Below are positions 61,708 to 64,000 of a stretch of 64,000 bases of DNA, piece by piece (the first letter of the stretch is position 1; the number at the start of each line of letters is the position of its first letter). The DNA is from an uncultured Victivallaceae bacterium. GTDB taxonomy: Bacteria; Verrucomicrobiota; Lentisphaeria; Victivallales; Victivallaceae. The stretch lies in assembly GCA_964512385.1 (NCBI GenBank), contig CAZEHZ010000001.1, positions 60,963 through 124,962 on the forward strand, read 5' to 3'. The position numbers and the translations under genes are program-made. The notes beneath the pieces were generated by a model. It ran no database searches. It was not told the DNA's origin and was given only the letters and a program-made list of their open reading frames with translations.

Positions 61708-62343
61708 ATGTATATCGGCAGAATTGTAGCAGTGGCAAAAACGGTTGAAGGTAAAGCGGCGGCGTTATATCGGGTTTCTTCACGGTCGTTCCCGAATCGT
61801 GAAGCGGTTATCAATAACGACAAAATCTCAATTATCCCGAAAGCCGGCCATGAAAATGACTTGCGGATAAATCCGTATATCGCCTATAACTGCGCTCGCC
61901 CGGCGGGGAAATATATGGTGGTCAGCAATGGCTCGCACACCGATCCGATTGCCGAAAAAATCGCCATGAATATGCCGGTTCGTGATGCCGTTACCTTAGG
62001 GTTGTTGGCGATGGATTATGAAAAAGACCAGCTGGATACCCCCCGTATTGTGGCGGTAATCAGTCAGGACGGCGATGAAGCCTATTTAGGCATTGTGCGT
62101 AAAGACGCCGTTTTAGTGCGGGAATTTAAACTGAAACCCGGCCAGTTGTTCTATATTTCCACCTACGAAAAAAATGCTCCGCAAGACGCTAATGTGGATA
62201 ATAAATTTACCGCCAAAAATGCCGAAGAAGCCTGCGATTTTGTTATCGACGGCGGCGTATTTTCGGAATTTACCAACCCGGTAACCGCCGCCTGCGCCGT
62301 GGCCAACGGCAACGGTTTTGATTTAGCTATCCATACCATCTGA
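61708..62343 (+). CDS. purO: Archaeal-type IMP cyclohydrolase (PurO family)
   Basis: MYIGRIVAVAKT..GKAAALYRVSSRSFPNR is the characteristic PurO N-terminus. 211 aa. SD AAGGAG. Confidence 0.75.
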   Translation: MYIGRIVAVAKTVEGKAAALYRVSSRSFPNREAVINNDKISIIPKAGHENDLRINPYIAYNCARPAGKYMVVSNGSHTDPIAEKIAMNMPVRDAVTLGLLAMDYEKDQLDTPRIVAVISQDGDEAYLGIVRKDAVLVREFKLKPGQLFYISTYEKNAPQDANVDNKFTAKNAEEACDFVIDGGVFSEFTNPVTAACAVANGNGFDLAIHTI

Positions 62344-62357
62344 AACAGGTAAAATAA

Positions 62358-64000
62358 ATGACCGATATGTCTGAACTCTTATCCGGGCTTAACCCGGAAC
62401 AGCGCAGTGCGGTTACTACCACCGAAGGCCCGGTACTGGTTTTGGCCGGCGCCGGAACCGGGAAAACCCGGGTAATTACGGTGCGAATCGCCTATATGCT
62501 GGCCTCCGGCATCCCGCCCGGCAGAGTTTTAGGCATGACGTTTACCAATAAGGCCGCCCGTGAAATGCGCGAGCGGCTGGCGCAATTAGTCGATAAAAAG
62601 TTGGCCGCCAAGGTTACACTGGGGACGTTTCACAGCTTTTGCGTCCGCATTCTGCGGCAGGAAATTACGGCGTTGAATTATCTGAAAAACTTCACCATTG
62701 CCGATGAACAGGACCAGCAGGGTATCTTAAAACAGGCGTTGGCGATGGCCGGATTCGGCCGGGGAGACATTGCCATGGCTACCGTGGCGGCGTTTATCAG
62801 CAAACAGAAAAATAAACTGCGTTTCCCGGCGGAGGCAAGTCAGGCGGCGCAAAATAATTTTGAGGCTTCGTGCGCTGCCATTTATCGCCATTATCAGGAG
62901 TTGCTGGAACTGCAGAACTGTGTGGATTTTGATGATTTACTGTTACTTACACATAAAATCCTACTCGATTTTCCGCAAATCCGCAAAAAATATCAGGATA
63001 AATATCAATATTTACTGATTGATGAGTATCAGGATACCAATGATGTGCAGTTTGAAATTGTTAAACTGCTCTGCGAAACTCATCATAATTTGTGCGTGGT
63101 GGGCGATGACGACCAGAGTATTTACTCGTGGCGAGGTGCCAATATCAGCAATATTTTGGATTTTCCCCGCCGCTATCCCGGCGCTAAAGAGGTGAAACTG
63201 GAACAGAATTATCGCTCCACCAACACCATTCTGGGGGCGGCCAATGCGGTTATCGGCCGGAATAAACAACGCTATAACAAGAAGTTATGGTCGGCGCAAG
63301 GTCAGGGCGAACCCATGTTGCTGGTGGCGGCGGAAGACGGCGAAAAAGAGGCCGAATTTATCGGCTCTTACATTCAGCAGTTAATGGCCGAAAATCCGGC
63401 GTTGAAATATGATGATTTTGCCGTTCTATATCGTTCCAATCACTTGTCGCGGCAAATGGAAATCAGTTTTCGGCAACTCGGCGTGCCGTATCGCTTGGTG
63501 GGCGGGCAGGAGTTTTATCAGCGTAAAGAGATTAAAGACGCCGCCGCATATTTAAAATTACTGGTCAATCCCAAAGACAATCAGAGTTTACTGCGCATTC
63601 TGCCCTTGCCGCCCCGTGGACTGGCCAATAAAGCGGTGGATTATTTAAAAGCTCATGCCAACCATCAGCACTGCATGCGTGATTTGCTGGCTACTAAGGA
63701 GTTCCAGCAGGAGGTTCCAGCCAAAGGGCGGGAGGCCGCTGTTGAGTTGGATGCTATTTTTACCCGCTACACGGCCGAATTTGCCGAGCCGGGGAATTTA
63801 GCCGGCAAAGTCATCAATTTTTTGTCCGACGTTAATTATCTGACCGGACTGCAACTGATTTATCGGGATTTGGAAGACGCCCGCAAACGCCGGGAAAACG
63901 TTGATGAATTTATCAACGCTATCGCTCAATTTGAGCAGAAAGCCGCCGAGCCGCCGACACTGGAGCAGTTTTTAGAGAGCTTCGCCTTATTGGAGGAAAA
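62358..64000 (+). CDS. pcrA: UvrD/PcrA/Rep-family ATP-dependent DNA helicase, 3'-truncated by window edge
   Basis: Not in the ORF track because it runs off the edge. Hand translation from ATG 62358 is MTDMSELLSGLNPEQRSAVTTTEGPVLVLAGAGTGKTRV... In-frame LLIDEYQDTN (63021) and VVGDDDQSIYSWRGA (63096). Confidence 0.9.
   Translation, partial: MTDMSELLSGLNPEQRSAVTTTEGPVLVLAGAGTGKTRVITVRIAYMLASGIPPGRVLGMTFTNKAAREMRERLAQLVDKKLAAKVTLGTFHSFCVRILRQEITALNYLKNFTIADEQDQQGILKQALAMAGFGRGDIAMATVAAFISKQKNKLRFPAEASQAAQNNFEASCAAIYRHYQELLELQNCVDFDDLLLLTHKILLDFPQIRKKYQDKYQYLLIDEYQDTNDVQFEIVKLLCETHHNLCVVGDDDQSIYSWRGANISNILDFPRRYPGAKEVKLEQNYRSTNTILGAANAVIGRNKQRYNKKLWSAQGQGEPMLLVAAEDGEKEAEFIGSYIQQLMAENPALKYDDFAVLYRSNHLSRQMEISFRQLGVPYRLVGGQEFYQRKEIKDAAAYLKLLVNPKDNQSLLRILPLPPRGLANKAVDYLKAHANHQHCMRDLLATKEFQQEVPAKGREAAVELDAIFTRYTAEFAEPGNLAGKVINFLSDVNYLTGLQLIYRDLEDARKRRENVDEFINAIAQFEQKAAEPPTLEQFLESFALLEE

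Overview
This is a gene-dense chromosomal segment with about 55 CDS, one tRNA and no rRNA. I saw no CRISPR array, transposase or integrase. It comes from a didermic bacterium, since it carries lpxB, an LptF/G-family permease and a DAP-type murE. The ackA-pta pair and an anaerobic-type GlpA-like/DUF1667 trio suggest a fermentative lifestyle. A PVC-type lineage (Lentisphaerota, Kiritimatiellota or Verrucomicrobiota-like) is only a low-confidence guess, based on the secreted FGE-sulfatase-domain, LamG/discoidin/SGNH and archaeal-type PurO proteins.

Most of the window is housekeeping:
- DNA maintenance: topoisomerase IV parC/parE, an AddAB-type helicase-nuclease pair, priA, hup, and pcrA/uvrD (3' partial).
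- Translation and central metabolism: hisS-adk-map-infA-ackA-pta, rpsA, trmO, tRNA-Thr(CGU).
- Envelope and biosynthesis: murE, thiE, dapB-lpxB.

Accessory-looking parts:
- A small glycan locus with two GT2 genes, a GT8-like gene and a Wzx-like flippase.
- A transporter / AlgJ-like / anomeric-kinase / NDP-sugar pyrophosphorylase cluster.
- An FGE-like / MBOAT / SGNH / unknown secreted protein module.
- A low-GC two-gene cassette that looks like a nucleotidyltransferase toxin-antitoxin pair.

I could not identify a clear-cut new multi-gene system. The most unexplained sequence is the about 1 kb low-coding stretch at 37119-38100. It contains an unannotated 59-aa lysine-rich ORF, a GC-rich structured island followed by an intrinsic terminator just upstream of the LamG/SGNH gene, a 13-bp perfect AT-rich inverted repeat, and a 24-nt tandem repeat (3 perfect copies plus 1 degenerate) in the SD-less rpsA leader. 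All functional calls rest on motif recognition by eye. No database searches were run.
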